64,000 bases of DNA from Amoebidium appalachense (Eukaryota; Protista; Ichthyosporea): NCBI GenBank assembly GCA_963693365.1, contig CAVNZM010000007.1:496001-560000 (forward strand). Direction: 5' to 3'. Every line of letters begins with the position of its first letter. Positions within the stretch are counted from its first letter, which is position 1. A program made the position numbers and the translations under genes. Of this stretch, positions 62,859 to 64,000 are shown one piece after another. Below the pieces are notes generated by a model. The model made no database searches. It was given only the letters and a program-made list of their open reading frames with translations, and was not told the origin of the DNA.

Positions 62859-63892
62859 TTCGTGTGTGTGTGTGTTCGTGTGTGCATGTTCGCACACGTG
62901 TGTGTGTGTGCGTGTGTGCGTGCGTGTGCGAGTACACGTGCATGGGTATTTGTGTTAACATATGGGCGCATTGAGTTGATGTTGCGGTGTTTTTACCATT
63001 AACCTGCATGGATGCACGTGTATGTGTGTATGTCGATCTGTTGTCTGTGTAGGCATGTCTATGCGCGTGGATATCATGTTGCAAAAGCCCTTCGATTCAG
63101 CACAATACCATACAAGGAGCAAACAAAAAATGTGAGAGTAGGTTTAACGGTATCAAATCATGCGTAGACATTCACTCTTAACCCAACACAATCAACACCA
63201 TAGTTGATGGTTGTGTGATACACGACTCGTGTGTTGATATGATGTGTGTGGTGAGAGAACACTCGGGTGGGGCAGGGTGTGAATGTCAAGCGTTGCGAGT
63301 TCACTCTGGGTTGTATGAGTGTCTGTGCGTGCATGCATGTACTTGCGTGTTTTTAGGTATGTGTGTATGTGTGCATTGTGCGTGCGTGCCTGGGTGAGTG
63401 TGTGCTTGCATGTGTGTGTGCCCGTGCGTGCATTCCTGCCTGTTGTGTGGGTGTGTTGTGCGCGCATGTGTGTTGGTGGTGGTCACGGGGAATGGGGTTC
63501 CAGGTGGTCACTACTGATACACCAATTGAGATGGATGGATGCCACAACGCCTCAACACAAGAAGTGTGAAGGGCAAAAATGAGGTGACATCACACGGCTG
63601 TTGTCCCCTTTTCCTTAGCCACTGAGCCTGGGCTAGCAGGCAGCTTGTCCTTGCCACTCCTGCACCACAGACCACACCGTCAGTGCTACGTCCACAGCAG
63701 GATGCCTTGCCACCAACAAACACTAGCAGCCCCCCTCCCCCCCCCCCCCCCTCCCCACCCCCTTCCTCGAGGTAGAGGGGGGAAAAACAAACAAAACAAC
63801 CCACAAACACAAGCATTGCCTTTACTCAACTACAACCCGGCACACATACAACAATCTTTGCACAGACACAACCAAGTCGGGGTGCACATAGC

Positions 63893-63923
<31 letters not shown>

Positions 63924-64000
63924 TCCCCTTCCCCCCTCCCCCTCTTCGACCTTTCCACTCCCAGCCTGCCCTTCCCCATCCACCTATCCCCCTCCCTCCC

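Overview
Eukaryotic, intron-rich, microsatellite- and homopolymer-rich DNA; the organism cannot be identified from this window. The first 21 kb is a mobile-element cluster. It holds two near-identical full-length Ngaro-type tyrosine-recombinase (YR) retrotransposons on the minus strand (gag, RT/RNase H, YR; split direct repeats A1-ORFs-B1/A2-spacer-B2), a solo A-spacer-B remnant, and two ~183-bp tandem arrays with a shared terminal tail. Further right are a 21-bp copy of the retrotransposon terminus next to an unknown spliced gene (possibly a degenerate DNA-methyltransferase fold), a frameshifted IS630-Tc1-mariner transposase (DD~100E), a spliced ABM-like gene, and three MITE-like inserts. A ~23-exon MOV10/SDE3/Armitage-type RNA helicase spans 36614-58919. 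Three observations stand out. (1) The retrotransposon pol and YR frames lack usable ATGs, but each follows a CTAAC + poly-C + AG acceptor that is in phase with one donor inside gag, suggesting expression by alternative splicing. (2) A promoter-plus-structured-RNA module (A2-hairpin spacer-B2) also exists as a solo unit. (3) The helicase has an N-terminal RRM and a C-terminal alpha-crystallin/HSP20-like domain, and several host acceptors have pure (CA)n tracts instead of polypyrimidine tracts. All exon models were read by eye, and homopolymer errors in the assembly are likely.
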